A stretch of DNA of 64,000 nt, taken from contig CAVQMM010000001.1 of NCBI GenBank assembly GCA_963713615.1, forward strand, positions 3,232,001 to 3,296,000, given 5' to 3'. This DNA comes from an uncultured Chlamydiae bacterium. GTDB taxonomy: Bacteria; Chlamydiota; Chlamydiia; Chlamydiales; JAJFMA01. Within the stretch, counting starts at the first letter, position 1; every line of letters starts with the position of its first letter. Positions 50,562 through 60,847 of this stretch are shown in pieces. A model generated the notes under the pieces. That model ran no database searches and was not told where the DNA came from. It worked only from the letters and a program-made list of their open reading frames with translations. Both the position numbers and the translations under genes were made by a program.

Positions 50562-50795
50562 ATGGAAGGTGTAAGCCTATCTAATCAAAGACTAGGAGCT
50601 ATGATTAGCCCTTTTTTTTCGATTCCAAAAATCGTTTCCTTTCTCACCTTGCCGGCTTTAGCGGCTTTACAACAGACTCGAGTAGACATGGATATAGCCG
50701 ACGAGGACAATCTATATCTTGCAGTAGCCCTCACAACCGCTGTAGCAATTACAGCAGCGACGGTGTATTTCCTCTGTAAAAAAGAGCACCGATGA
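50562..50795 (+). CDS. Small membrane protein
   Basis: GGAGAGG RBS before ATG 50562; two hydrophobic segments and a basic tail. Confidence 0.45.
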   Translation: MEGVSLSNQRLGAMISPFFSIPKIVSFLTLPALAALQQTRVDMDIADEDNLYLAVALTTAVAITAATVYFLCKKEHR

Positions 50796-50884
50796 AATAT
50801 ATCACGCGCGGTTAGATTTTGAACCATGTATCGTTCTTTGGGGCCTTCCAAGTAACTCCAAAGCGCTGTACGCTGCCTTCCGGT

Positions 50885-51586
50885 CTATTTTCGCACAACG
50901 TTTAGCCCATGCTGAGCTAGGCCAGGGTGCCGATTGATCCATTCAAACACATTTTTTCCTAATCTGATAGGGACATTAACGCGTTCTCCAGAAACCAGAA
51001 ATGGTGTGGGTAGCGTGTGATGGCGCACCCAACGCTGTAGGATGCGGAACAAGGCTGTATTGGGAAATTGGACACTGTCGTCTACAGATAAAATGCTCTT
51101 TGTAATGGGATCTTGGAATACCTGTGGGTAGGAAAACTGAATACCCCACGATAGACTATCTTTACCGAACACCATCGATCGAAATTTGTGGTCGATATGA
51201 GAGAAGCCCATCCGGTGCAGTTGCAACTGAATAACGGGGAGCGAAGGACGGATGATCACCTGGTCGTTGCCGGTCTCTAGCACATATAGAGCATCTAATG
51301 TTCTGGTGAAAACACTGGAAAATAGAGGTCTGAAGGATATGTCTGGAGGCTCCTGGCCATTTTTGATGTATTCGACATAACCATTATAAGCGGTTAAAAA
51401 GTCATTGTGGCTAGCCGCACCGCTGCCTTTAAGCTGTAAGGTGCCCGTGAGATAGATGAAAAAATCCCCTAAGGCTTGGAAGAAGACGCCCATCTCCGCA
51501 GTATCTAAAAGCACTTGCACCTGCAGCCATTTCGAAGCCTGAAGGGGCTGTTGGGTATCCACCGTGCAGTAGCGAGGGTATAGCAT
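50885..51586 (-). CDS. Hypothetical protein in operon with lspA
   Basis: 233-aa ORF starting 8 nt after lspA. Confidence 0.7.
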   Translation of the reverse strand: MLYPRYCTVDTQQPLQASKWLQVQVLLDTAEMGVFFQALGDFFIYLTGTLQLKGSGAASHNDFLTAYNGYVEYIKNGQEPPDISFRPLFSSVFTRTLDALYVLETGNDQVIIRPSLPVIQLQLHRMGFSHIDHKFRSMVFGKDSLSWGIQFSYPQVFQDPITKSILSVDDSVQFPNTALFRILQRWVRHHTLPTPFLVSGERVNVPIRLGKNVFEWINRHPGLAQHGLNVVRK

Positions 51587-51594
51587 GGCTGCCG

Positions 51595-52122
51595 CTACTT
51601 GGTATTACTGGTAGCCACTGCAGGTGCGGGCAGCAAGGCTGTGAGGGCGATCCATGCCACTCCAATGAAGACTGCGGAGTCCGCCAGATTAAAGACTGGG
51701 TAGTCATACCCCCAGAAGATAAAGTGGACCATGTCGATCACGTAGCCATAGGTGAAAAAATCAATCACATTACCAATGGCCCCTGCCATGACTAAAGCAA
51801 TGGGAAGTACCCAACGTGGCTGCGTGTTAAAGAACAGTAGATAAGCCAAGAGGCAGAAAATGAGGATGATACGCAGGCAGAGAAGATAGATATGAAAGTC
51901 AGCCAGAACACCCCAGGCGGCCCCGTAATTCGTGAGAAAGGTGATAGAAAATTCGATGCCCAGGAAATTCCGAAATATGCCAATTCCCCCATAAGGATAG
52001 ACCATCGGACTATCGATCATCAACGGGATATAGTGTTCCGTTAACCATTTGGTGATCTGGTCTACAATAAGAATAAAGGAAAATAGCAAGAAGGCTGCAC
52101 GGGCCTGTCCAAATAATCGCAT
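51595..52122 (-). CDS. lspA: Lipoprotein signal peptidase II
   Basis: DQITK, NYGAAWG, GAIGNVID, VIDM, FNLADS. Confidence 0.93.
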   Translation of the reverse strand: MRLFGQARAAFLLFSFILIVDQITKWLTEHYIPLMIDSPMVYPYGGIGIFRNFLGIEFSITFLTNYGAAWGVLADFHIYLLCLRIILIFCLLAYLLFFNTQPRWVLPIALVMAGAIGNVIDFFTYGYVIDMVHFIFWGYDYPVFNLADSAVFIGVAWIALTALLPAPAVATSNTK

Positions 52123-52124
52123 TT

Positions 52125-52490
52125 CTATATCAAGCCCTTTTCGACTTTTTCCTGTGCTTTCACCGTCATCACTGCGTAGGGAACGGCTTCCAGCCTTAGC
52201 AAGGGAATTTCGTCGCCAGTAATATCGCAGATGCCGTAGGTACCTTCTTCGATCTTTTCCAATGCACGTTCAATCTGCCGCAATGTCCGGTATTCACTAG
52301 AGGTGACCTCTAGATTAATCGTGCGGTCGAAGTCATCGGTGCCTTGGTCAGCCTGATGCTGCGAATAGCCCGTTGCTTCATCGGGTGTCTTTACTTCCGC
52401 CGTAGTGCCTTTGAGAGATTGAGTGATCTGGTCACGCAGCTCCTCAAGCCTTTTCTTAAACTCGGCGATTTGTGCTTTTTTAAGTGCCAT
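52125..52490 (-). CDS. dksA: DksA/TraR family transcription factor
   Basis: HQADQGTD, ALEKIEEGTYGIC, RLEAVPYA; nrdR-dksA-lspA order. Confidence 0.88.
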   Translation of the reverse strand: MALKKAQIAEFKKRLEELRDQITQSLKGTTAEVKTPDEATGYSQHQADQGTDDFDRTINLEVTSSEYRTLRQIERALEKIEEGTYGICDITGDEIPLLRLEAVPYAVMTVKAQEKVEKGLI

Positions 52491-52504
52491 CTAAAACCTC
52501 CTCC

Positions 52505-52993
52505 CTACTTATTGAGGGGATCCAATCTTCTCGCTTTAGTATCATCCTTAGCAGGTATTGAGTTAATCGCTTCCATGAGCTCATCGATATTCTTTAATCT
52601 ACAATACACGCACGCAAAACGTATATAAGCGATAGGGTCAAGTCGCTGCAATGCCTGCATTGCTAGTTCGCCTAGCTCTGTTGTAGTGATCTCTCGTACC
52701 TGCCTTCGCATCAGTTCATCAGTAATCTCAGCAGCCATCTTGGTGACCTGATCTCGGCTCACACTAGTGTGACGGCATGCTGCATCTAATCCATTAACTA
52801 GTTTACTCTGCTGAAAATCCTCAAATCTACCATCTCGTTTATGCACTTGTAGGGTCAGTTCTAAGGTTTCAAAAGTCGTGAAGCGTTGCTGACACTTCAA
52901 ACATTCTCGCCTTCGACGAATCGCGTTATGTTCTACCGTCTCCCTTGAGTCTGTTACTCGAAGCTCGTCATGATGGCAATAAGGACATTTCAT
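52505..52993 (-). CDS. nrdR: Transcriptional repressor NrdR
   Basis: MKCPYC, IRRRRECLKC, RFTTFE, ATP cone, AYIRFACVY. Confidence 0.96.
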   Translation of the reverse strand: MKCPYCHHDELRVTDSRETVEHNAIRRRRECLKCQQRFTTFETLELTLQVHKRDGRFEDFQQSKLVNGLDAACRHTSVSRDQVTKMAAEITDELMRRQVREITTTELGELAMQALQRLDPIAYIRFACVYCRLKNIDELMEAINSIPAKDDTKARRLDPLNK

Positions 52994-53224
52994 TGCTATG
53001 CGCTATTTCTACGGATCTTAAGCAAATATAATCTTTTTGCCCCTAATATTCAATCCTTTGCTACGTAGTATAGCATAACAAGCTCTGCGATTTCAAAGGA
53101 CTTTTATACCACACTTGGTATACCTCCACAGGGGGTGGGCACATCCTAGCCCACTCATACGAAATGTGTCGAGTATAAAAGCCATCTTCTTGCTTTTTCG
53201 TAGGGAGTTGTTGGGTGTGCATGT

Positions 53225-53317
53225 ATACCACGCGCGGGTAGGTTTGTACATTCGACTAGTGCGAAAGTTCGCGCTGTTGGCGCAATCGAATGTGCAAAAC
53301 CTACCCGCGCGTGGTAT
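53225..53317. repeat. Long intergenic hairpin (family F)
   Basis: ataccacgcgcgggtaggtttgtacattcga ... tcgaatgtgcaaaacctacccgcgcgtggtat, ~31-bp arms. Confidence 0.85.
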
Positions 53318-53459
53318 CATAGATCTAAAAAGAGGCAATTCAATCTTTTTTTATTGAGTCTCTAAGGAGTTCGATCTAACATCGCGCCTTAAAGAATTGT
53401 TTACAGCGGCGACCTTTGTGAGCTTTGCCGCTGCGGTGACCCAAGGAGGTCTACGAATT

Positions 53460-54098
53460 ATGAGAGTCATTGAAGCCTTTTCACAGCTATGCGGGAAGGT
53501 TTTTGTAGCCTGTGTGTTTTTAGGAGTCTCATTCAATACTGCTAGTGCCGCGGATACGATAACCGAACGGTCATCTATGACCGAGTTCGATAAGACGATT
53601 ACTTTTACAAGTAAGGGTCAAACGTATACGTTGTCATGCACGGGGACCAGTCTTCGTCGTAAGTGGTTCATTAAAGGTTATGCTATAGCTCATTATATTG
53701 AAAACCCCGTTAAGGGTGATCAAGAAGCCGTTCTCAAAGATATCTTTTCTACCGACAAGGCTAAACAAGTCAGCATGATGTGGCTGCATAAGTTACCGTT
53801 GAGTCTCATCCGCGATGGCTTTAAAGAAAGTCTTCACAAAACCCTCAAAGACGCTGATTATTCAGCCATAGAACCGGAGATCAACAAGCTCCTGAACTTC
53901 TTCAAGGTAGATGCTGAGGTAGGGGATATGATCGTCATGCGTTGGTTGCCTGGAGGCTATGTGGAGTTGCTTATTAACGACCAAAGTATGGGTAGCCTGG
54001 TGAGTCTCGATCTTGCCAAAGCGCTATGGTCCATTTGGTTGGGCCCCGATGCTGTTGTAGATCGCAAACAATTGATCGCTTTGGTCTCGACTAGTTAA
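53460..54098 (+). CDS. Chalcone isomerase-like fold exported protein
   Basis: GTSLRRKWFIKGYAIAHY and ALWSIWLG; signal peptide; GGAGG RBS before ATG 53460. Confidence 0.75.
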   Translation: MRVIEAFSQLCGKVFVACVFLGVSFNTASAADTITERSSMTEFDKTITFTSKGQTYTLSCTGTSLRRKWFIKGYAIAHYIENPVKGDQEAVLKDIFSTDKAKQVSMMWLHKLPLSLIRDGFKESLHKTLKDADYSAIEPEINKLLNFFKVDAEVGDMIVMRWLPGGYVELLINDQSMGSLVSLDLAKALWSIWLGPDAVVDRKQLIALVSTS

Positions 54099-54141
54099 TT
54101 ACGGCTTTCCATAAGCATCTTTTCGCGCACTGCCGTTTGGG

Positions 54142-54171
54142 GGCCTTGTTCACCTTTGCGGTCAGTTTTCG
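54142..54171 (+). repeat. Repeat family E half-arm
   Basis: ggccttgttcacctttgcggtcagttttcg. Confidence 0.8.
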
Positions 54172-55686
54172 CTATACCGTTTGTAGTAGCCGCAGCTGCT
54201 CTTTCAAAGGTTTCTGGTCTGCTCGGTATTGAAGCGATTTCTTCAAGCAATGTATTGTTCTAGGAGGGGCGTCGCTTTGTTTTGCACGTATTCTCCACTT
54301 ATTTGCCTTGGATTGGGCATCCTTCATGACTACGACTGTATAGTGTTTTAAGGTCTCTGACGAAACAAGGTGATACTTTGGAACATATCCATAAGTCGTC
54401 AGGGTATTCAGGGCCATCAAGCGGATTTCCCAAGGAAGTTCCTCAAGGACGAATTGTTCCGTTTCCATGTTTAGATGAGATAGGTCATGAAGGGTGGCAT
54501 AGTCCTCAATGGCTTTTTTTAGATCTAATGTTTCAGATCGTTGCAAGCAGGCCAGAATCAATCGATGTGTGAGTCTGATGTAATCATCTACCATCCAATC
54601 ATCAATAAGGAAATGGCCCTCTGAGCATTTTAGGATGACTCTCCCTTCTTCCTCGACGAGGATCGGAGATGAATTTTTAGGTACACAGTTTCCAGGTTTT
54701 AAATGCTTAAGGAATTCCTTGTCCGCTAAGGCTAGGGTCACGAAGGTTTTGCGGATTTGCGGATAATAGAGTGATAGAGAGAAGTCGCGCACGAATATTT
54801 CAAGTGAGGGTAGTTTCCCCTTCAGGTTATTTTGTATTTGGTAAAGCAGATAAAAGGCTGTTTCTCTGTTTATAGCTGTATAAGATATTTGGCCGTTGTT
54901 GATCAGTTCTTCAGCTTCGTCAGAAAGCTGATAGCCACGTCTTTGTAGGGAATATAGCCCTGCAGGAACAGCCATTCTATTGGATTCTTCCTTGATGTCA
55001 GAGTGTAGCTCGATGAATAATTTCGTGAGGTCCGCGACATTCTCCTCAGACAGACAAGGAGGCAGGAGCGTAAGTGCTTCGCATATGTCTGTGCAGATCT
55101 TGTCGAAGTCCTCGTCATAATCCTTCTTAGCGCGTCGTATGATGATGGTGTGGTTTAGAGCTGTATGGGTAAAGTGCTTGCAGACAGTGCGGCATTCTTC
55201 ATAGCGGCCTTGCTTATAAAGAACCCTTGCAAAGGTTCCCCAAAGGTGCAATTTGACGGTTGAGCAAGAAATGGATTGGATAAGAGCTTCTATTCCTTCT
55301 ATATCTGCATCGCTGTGATGATCTCTGAGGTAGTTTGTGATGGTTCGGCAAACGGCTGAAGTGTGATGATTTCTACGCTGTTCCCAGAGGACTTCACTGC
55401 TTCGCATTCCCCTTGCTCCTGGCTCTATAATTCCAGCAACGAATGGCCTTGTGAGATAATACAACGTTGATGCGAATTCAAGGGCTGCCCTCCCCTGTTC
55501 ATGTGTTAAAGCAGTAGACTCCGGGTGTGGTTTTTTCTTGCGAGGTTCTTCAAGACCGTGAATGCAGGTTAGAAAAATTTTTCCAGTGAGGTAGCCTGTC
55601 AATACAGCGCTGGTCATTGCTAACGCCATTGTTTCTGCAGGGATAGGTAGATAGTCTTCAAAAGTTTGCATGGCGAGATAGGCCAC
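54172..55686 (-). CDS. Hypothetical protein with N-terminal hydrophobic segment
   Basis: 504-aa ORF; start uncertain. Confidence 0.65.
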   Translation of the reverse strand: MAYLAMQTFEDYLPIPAETMALAMTSAVLTGYLTGKIFLTCIHGLEEPRKKKPHPESTALTHEQGRAALEFASTLYYLTRPFVAGIIEPGARGMRSSEVLWEQRRNHHTSAVCRTITNYLRDHHSDADIEGIEALIQSISCSTVKLHLWGTFARVLYKQGRYEECRTVCKHFTHTALNHTIIIRRAKKDYDEDFDKICTDICEALTLLPPCLSEENVADLTKLFIELHSDIKEESNRMAVPAGLYSLQRRGYQLSDEAEELINNGQISYTAINRETAFYLLYQIQNNLKGKLPSLEIFVRDFSLSLYYPQIRKTFVTLALADKEFLKHLKPGNCVPKNSSPILVEEEGRVILKCSEGHFLIDDWMVDDYIRLTHRLILACLQRSETLDLKKAIEDYATLHDLSHLNMETEQFVLEELPWEIRLMALNTLTTYGYVPKYHLVSSETLKHYTVVVMKDAQSKANKWRIRAKQSDAPPRTIHCLKKSLQYRADQKPLKEQLRLLQTV

Positions 55687-55994
55687 TACTGAGGAGGCTT
55701 CGCCAATGACCCGTGTATATTGAGAGGCATGAACCGTTGACTGAATACCTCAGTAACAAGCTTTGCTTAAATGAAGCATCTAACTACCATCTTTATAAAT
55801 CAATAAAAGAGATTATTTATCAGAGAGCATGCTATCGAAAAATGATTAATTATGCAACGAATAGTTCGTTATTTTAAAATGATGCGTGGGTGTTTGTTTG
55901 AAATTTCAAGGATTTTAGTTTATTGTGAATAATTGAACGGATTGTTTGAGATGATTCTGGGAGATCAGATTCCCTAGCGTCTTTATTCCGCCAT

Positions 55995-56363
55995 TTATGG
56001 CGCTATTATGGCTGCCAAGGCAGTGTCCACTGTGTCATAGATAGGGATTAGCCCCTTGAGGCTGACGATGGTTAGCAACTCGTCTACATTGCTGCAGACA
56101 CAGGCCAATGCCATGTGTCCCTCTTTGCCCAGGGTTTTATACAGTAATAGTAAAACGCCTATACCAGCGCTATCGATGAAGTCTACTGTTGAGAGATCAA
56201 CAACAAAATTTTTATGGCCTTGTTCGCATAGCTTGATGACTTCGAGCCTGAATGCCTTAGCTGTAAAAGCATCCAGAAACTTATTTGCGATTCGGACCAC
56301 TGCCGTATCATTGATGATTTTCACTTCACATTGCATAGTATCCAGTTGGCTAAGGTCTATCAT
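55995..56363 (-). CDS. STAS domain anti-sigma factor antagonist
   Basis: VVDLSTVDFIDSAGIGVL. Confidence 0.88.
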   Translation of the reverse strand: MIDLSQLDTMQCEVKIINDTAVVRIANKFLDAFTAKAFRLEVIKLCEQGHKNFVVDLSTVDFIDSAGIGVLLLLYKTLGKEGHMALACVCSNVDELLTIVSLKGLIPIYDTVDTALAAIIAP

Positions 56364-56409
56364 TTTGAGCAGCCTGATACCAGGCTGCTCTCTGGGTTAT
56401 ACCATAGAC

Positions 56410-57363
56410 CTAACTTTTGACTTTAAGGACGATTTTGCCTCGAGTATGTCCTTGTAAGACCTTATCAATGGCTTTAGCGGCATCTTTTAAAGGCATCTCT
56501 TCCACTTGAGGTGGAACGACTTTTTTCTGCTTAATTAGATCGCTGATTTGCCTTAAATGGTCACCATTTGGGGATACGAAGACATACTCTGCGGTAATCT
56601 TCTTGCCTTTAGCATGGTCAGCGTTGGGTGGCTGTACGATGCCAGCCAGGCGTCCGCCATCCTTCACCACTTGGTAGCTTTTCTCCAATGTATTGCCTCC
56701 TACGGTGTCGAATACGGCGTCAACGCCTTTCGGAAGGTCCTTATGGATACGGTCTACGAAAGACTCTTGAGTGTAGTCAATAACGACGTCGGCACCGAGG
56801 TTTTTTACGTAGTCATGATTGCGAGCGGATGCGGTGGAATACACTTTGGCACCGGCCCAATGAGCAAATTGTACAGCGAAACCCCCGACACCTCCTGCTC
56901 CGGCATGGATGAGCACCGTTTCACCTTTTTTGAGTTTCAAAGCGTCAAAGAGGGCTTGCCAGGCTGTCAGTGCTGCCAAAGGAATTGCCGCGGCTTGCGC
57001 GAAGGTGAGGTTTTCAGGGATAGCTACAACGTGCTCGGCGGGGTAACATGCAAACTGGCAAAAAGTGCCCCATTGAACAGTTGGTTTGCGAAAATAGGCG
57101 TAGACTTTATCGCCGACTTTGAAATTTTTTACATTCTTGCCCACTGCGGCAATGGTTCCGGCACCGTCCCATCCTAGTATAATGGGCCAGTGGTGAGGCA
57201 GGCGATCTTTGAGAACTCCCTGGAGGATTTTGCCATCAACTGGGTTAACCCCGGCATACTGTATCTCTATTTGAACTTCATTGTCCTGGGGCTGAGGTGT
57301 TGGTAGATCGACCAGGTGAATTTGGTCTAATGCTCCAAACTTCTCTATCGTGACCGCTTTCAT
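56410..57363 (-). CDS. NADP-dependent oxidoreductase (MDR/quinone oxidoreductase family)
   Basis: AGVNPVD, LGWDGAG, HAGAGGVG, GHTRGKIVL. Confidence 0.9.
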   Translation of the reverse strand: MKAVTIEKFGALDQIHLVDLPTPQPQDNEVQIEIQYAGVNPVDGKILQGVLKDRLPHHWPIILGWDGAGTIAAVGKNVKNFKVGDKVYAYFRKPTVQWGTFCQFACYPAEHVVAIPENLTFAQAAAIPLAALTAWQALFDALKLKKGETVLIHAGAGGVGGFAVQFAHWAGAKVYSTASARNHDYVKNLGADVVIDYTQESFVDRIHKDLPKGVDAVFDTVGGNTLEKSYQVVKDGGRLAGIVQPPNADHAKGKKITAEYVFVSPNGDHLRQISDLIKQKKVVPPQVEEMPLKDAAKAIDKVLQGHTRGKIVLKVKS

Positions 57364-57460
57364 GCATTACCTCCTAATTAATTGGTGACTTGGCTCACCA
57401 TAAAAATTTTTACAATCTATGGCAAGTCTACAGGTTTCTATCGAGGGGTGGTGAAGTCCT

Positions 57461-58363
57461 TTAGTGGTTATTGACGTAGTAAACAGGAGTCCATCCCTGG
57501 GTGTCAACAATATTAGCGTCAGCACCACCCTCAATGAGCAACTGCACGATCTTCTCATTCTGCTTTTTAGCTGCGAAGTGCAGGGCTGTAGAACCGTGAA
57601 TATCCTGAGCGTCTAAGGGAGCCTCAGCCTTGACAAGCGTGCGGATAAGCGGAATGTCCTCAGCTTGAACTGCCCAATGCAGCGGGGTAAAGCCAATGCG
57701 ATTGGCGATATCCACCCTGGCGCCATTTTTTAGGAGTAGAGCCGAAATGTCACGAAGGCCATCTTTGGCCGCCCAGTGCAGTGGGGTTGCGTCAAAGCAG
57801 TTGACTGCGCTGACTTCCGCCCCATGGGAGATAAGGACTTGAACGCACCGCGTAAAACCCTCCGAGGCTGCCCAATGCAAAGGGGTGAAGCCTCGATCGT
57901 TTCGGGTATTCACGCGTGCACCGTTGCGTATAAGCACCTGCATGATCTCTTCATGTCCGAGGCGAGCTGCCCAATGAAGAGGAGTTTCTAGACGAGAATT
58001 TTGACAGTGTACCTCCGCTTTATGACGGATCAGAAGCTCAACAAGTGGTAAGTGACCACCAAGGACAGCGTAATGAAGAGGAGTCCATGCATTTTGGTCC
58101 CGTTCCGAGCTCTGATCGCCGCGCTTTAGCAGTTGGGTAGCGGGGGAAGCTGTTCCAAAGAATGCTGCTTTGTGAAGAGGTGATTGCTCTGACAATGCAC
58201 TCTCACTCTTCTCGGTGCACAGATTAAGAATCCAGGATGCGTCTTGATTGATGTCGGAGAGAGACATCCGTACGCCACGCTGTAATAGTTTGGGGACTTC
58301 ATTCCAATTATCTCTTTCCACGGCTTTCGCAATCTCTGAGTGTGCACTGGTAGTCATTTGCAT
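57461..58363 (-). CDS. Ankyrin repeat protein
   Basis: About 7 TPLHxAA-type repeats. Confidence 0.92.
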   Translation of the reverse strand: MQMTTSAHSEIAKAVERDNWNEVPKLLQRGVRMSLSDINQDASWILNLCTEKSESALSEQSPLHKAAFFGTASPATQLLKRGDQSSERDQNAWTPLHYAVLGGHLPLVELLIRHKAEVHCQNSRLETPLHWAARLGHEEIMQVLIRNGARVNTRNDRGFTPLHWAASEGFTRCVQVLISHGAEVSAVNCFDATPLHWAAKDGLRDISALLLKNGARVDIANRIGFTPLHWAVQAEDIPLIRTLVKAEAPLDAQDIHGSTALHFAAKKQNEKIVQLLIEGGADANIVDTQGWTPVYYVNNH

Positions 58364-58682
58364 ATTCCGCTCCTAACTTGGATGTGACAAACCGAATACT
58401 ATCAATTTTTGATTTATACATCAATCGATCGCAAAATTGGAATTTGGCTCATGCAAATGGCTTATCTTTCAATGTCTTAGGATTTCACGATCATCACTCC
58501 GCGCGCAGCGCTTTGGAGCCCCAACCGACTGCGTCGCCAATATCCGAAAGTAACGCATACGGGCATGGGCAAGGGCACGAAAGGAGGGGAGGGAGCGGAA
58601 TTGTGCCACTATTACAAAAGACTTGTCTAACAGCGCTGGATTTGTTACAGATATTAAAAATTTCAATTGAATAGGAGTCGAT

Positions 58683-59132
58683 ATGGAACGACTGTTCTTG
58701 TGTGTGACAGTGTTGTGCCTGAGTTTCTTTAGCTTTGCTGAAGCTAAGGAGTGTATCAAATGCAAAACCATGGCGGCATGGGGATTGGCGGCCGAGCCCG
58801 CTAGCTTGTTCAACGCGGACAATGTCGCCAGGTATGAAGGAGATGTTGTTTCTGTGCAGGAGGTGGAGCCTAAAGATGGCCTGGTAGATGGGATTTATGT
58901 GCTGCTCAAGACACCTGATGGCAACACTGCTGTACGCCTAGGCCCAGCTTGGTATTTAAAGAAACAAGGGTTTGAAGTACAACCTCGTGATAAGCTAGAA
59001 ATTATGGCTTCCAAGGTGACAACAGAAAGTGACAAACCAGCGCTAATCGCCACTAAAGCCAAGAATGGTAACAAGACGATTGCCCTCCGTAGTTCTGCTG
59101 GAGCTGTGGTGTGGAATGGTTTAGATAGGTAA
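58683..59132 (+). CDS. Exported protein, probable OB-like fold
   Basis: Signal peptide; VRLGPAWYL motif; AGGAG RBS. Confidence 0.65.
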   Translation: MERLFLCVTVLCLSFFSFAEAKECIKCKTMAAWGLAAEPASLFNADNVARYEGDVVSVQEVEPKDGLVDGIYVLLKTPDGNTAVRLGPAWYLKKQGFEVQPRDKLEIMASKVTTESDKPALIATKAKNGNKTIALRSSAGAVVWNGLDR

Positions 59133-59161
59133 TCCCATTTCCCTTATCAGTTGAGTATTTC

Positions 59162-59929
59162 GTGTTGCGCTATTGTCAATGCTTTTTGAGACATGCCGTG
59201 ATGCTTCTGATGGCTATCTACGCCCCAACTACCGTTGGGGCGGACCTTTACGCCATGATCATCGCCGATACCGTATCACCGACTGGTCACGCCGCAGCAA
59301 TGGATTTGGAACGTGTCCGCATGGCCCTCAAGGCTTTGTCACGACATAGTGGCATTAAAGTCCACGTTCAGGCCTTTACGGGAGATCAGGTAACATCCAA
59401 CAACCTTTGCGCTGCGGTAATGGCTCTTCCTGTTACAAGCAATGATATAGCTGTCTTTTATTACCTCGGACATGGTTATCGGACATCTCACAAAGTTTCT
59501 GTTTGGCCCTATTTATATGTTTGCAATGATCGTACTGCTATAGATCTACAGTTGATTGTAGAGAGCTTCATCAGCAAGAAGCCACATATGGCGTTGATAG
59601 TGGCTGACTGTTGCAACAACGTGATGGATGACCAGACGGGGGTCCCTTGGGCAGGGCATCCGCATTTGAAGAAAGGGATTAAGAAGCCAGGGCCGGGTTA
59701 TCGAGCTCTCTTTCAGAACTTCGAGGGTATTGTGGTGGCATGCGCTTCACAAGCTGGCGACTACGCCTATTGTCACAGTAAGGGGCATTTTTATACAGAA
59801 GCCTTCCTGGAAGCCTTGCATGAAGAAATTTATGTTCGCAATCCACAGTGGTCCAACCTGCTGCATAGAGCTAGTTTGAAGGTTCAAAATATGCAGATTC
59901 CCTACCACGAAATCCTTCTCTATCCCTAG
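59162..59929 (+). CDS. Caspase-like (peptidase C14) protein with signal peptide
   Basis: FYYLGHG ... IVADCC His/Cys dyad motifs; start uncertain. Confidence 0.8.
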   Translation: MLRYCQCFLRHAVMLLMAIYAPTTVGADLYAMIIADTVSPTGHAAAMDLERVRMALKALSRHSGIKVHVQAFTGDQVTSNNLCAAVMALPVTSNDIAVFYYLGHGYRTSHKVSVWPYLYVCNDRTAIDLQLIVESFISKKPHMALIVADCCNNVMDDQTGVPWAGHPHLKKGIKKPGPGYRALFQNFEGIVVACASQAGDYAYCHSKGHFYTEAFLEALHEEIYVRNPQWSNLLHRASLKVQNMQIPYHEILLYP

Positions 59930-60029
59930 CTCCCATTGACGTCGAAGATGTCTTAACATCCCTTTAATGCCTCGTAAATGATTGCTCGCTAGACTTTCTT
60001 TAGGATGAATCAAGCGAGGAGCTCTGCAC

Positions 60030-60836
60030 ATGGCTTTTTGGAAAAAACTAGCGCTATTTGCTTACATGGCACTGTTTTTTTACGGTATGCCTGTAGCTCA
60101 TGCGGCGACGATTCATGCTGTTTTAATTGGGGATACCTTAGATCCGATCATCGGGGGTACTGTGCAGACTGACATAGACCGGATGAATAGGCTATTACAA
60201 GCTATAGCGAATTCGGGGGATCTGGATTTGTCACTGCACATATTTGATGGGGATGAGTACCAGCCAAGGCCTATATTTGATTATGTCAAAAATCTACAAG
60301 TAGATGATGACGATGTGGTCTTCTATTACCATTCTAGCCATGGTTTTCGTGGGCGTTCTATGAAAGAGGCCTGGCCAGCACTGTATTTTGGAGGGAATGA
60401 CGAACACCTTAGACTTCAAGATATCATAGACGTCATTGAGAAAAAGCCACATCGCTTATCAATCATACTGGCAGACTGCTGCAACCACTCGTGGTCCTAT
60501 GATCCGCCATTTTACAATCTTGAGTTAGGCTCTATGTTCGGCTTTTATTGGTTTAAAGAACATAATAGCCAGGCACTTTTTAGAGAGTTCAAAGGCTCTA
60601 TTATTGCTTGCGGAGCTCAGCCTGGCCAATCCTCTTATACTAATGCTCAATCAGGCGGTTACTTCACTCGCCATTTTATCGATGCCCTTGGGCGTGCTCT
60701 CCGCGGCTTCTTCACTCCTTCATGGAATGATATCCTGCAGGAAGCTTCCGATTACACCCATGGTAGCGTGAAATGGAGAAAAAAAAATGGTGAATTGGCG
60801 ATTCAAAAACCGCATTTTGATATCCGAGCCAATTGA
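60030..60836 (+). CDS. Caspase-like (peptidase C14) protein with signal peptide
   Basis: FYYHSSHG ... ILADCC; AHA-A signal cleavage site; GGYFT. Confidence 0.8.
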   Translation: MAFWKKLALFAYMALFFYGMPVAHAATIHAVLIGDTLDPIIGGTVQTDIDRMNRLLQAIANSGDLDLSLHIFDGDEYQPRPIFDYVKNLQVDDDDVVFYYHSSHGFRGRSMKEAWPALYFGGNDEHLRLQDIIDVIEKKPHRLSIILADCCNHSWSYDPPFYNLELGSMFGFYWFKEHNSQALFREFKGSIIACGAQPGQSSYTNAQSGGYFTRHFIDALGRALRGFFTPSWNDILQEASDYTHGSVKWRKKNGELAIQKPHFDIRAN

Positions 60837-60847
60837 GTAATTGCTCC

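Noticed and set aside
56557..57177. 206-aa plus-strand ORF (and similar ones at 21684-22259 and 43791-44327)
   Set aside because: Antisense shadows of well-supported genes with no recognisable motifs.
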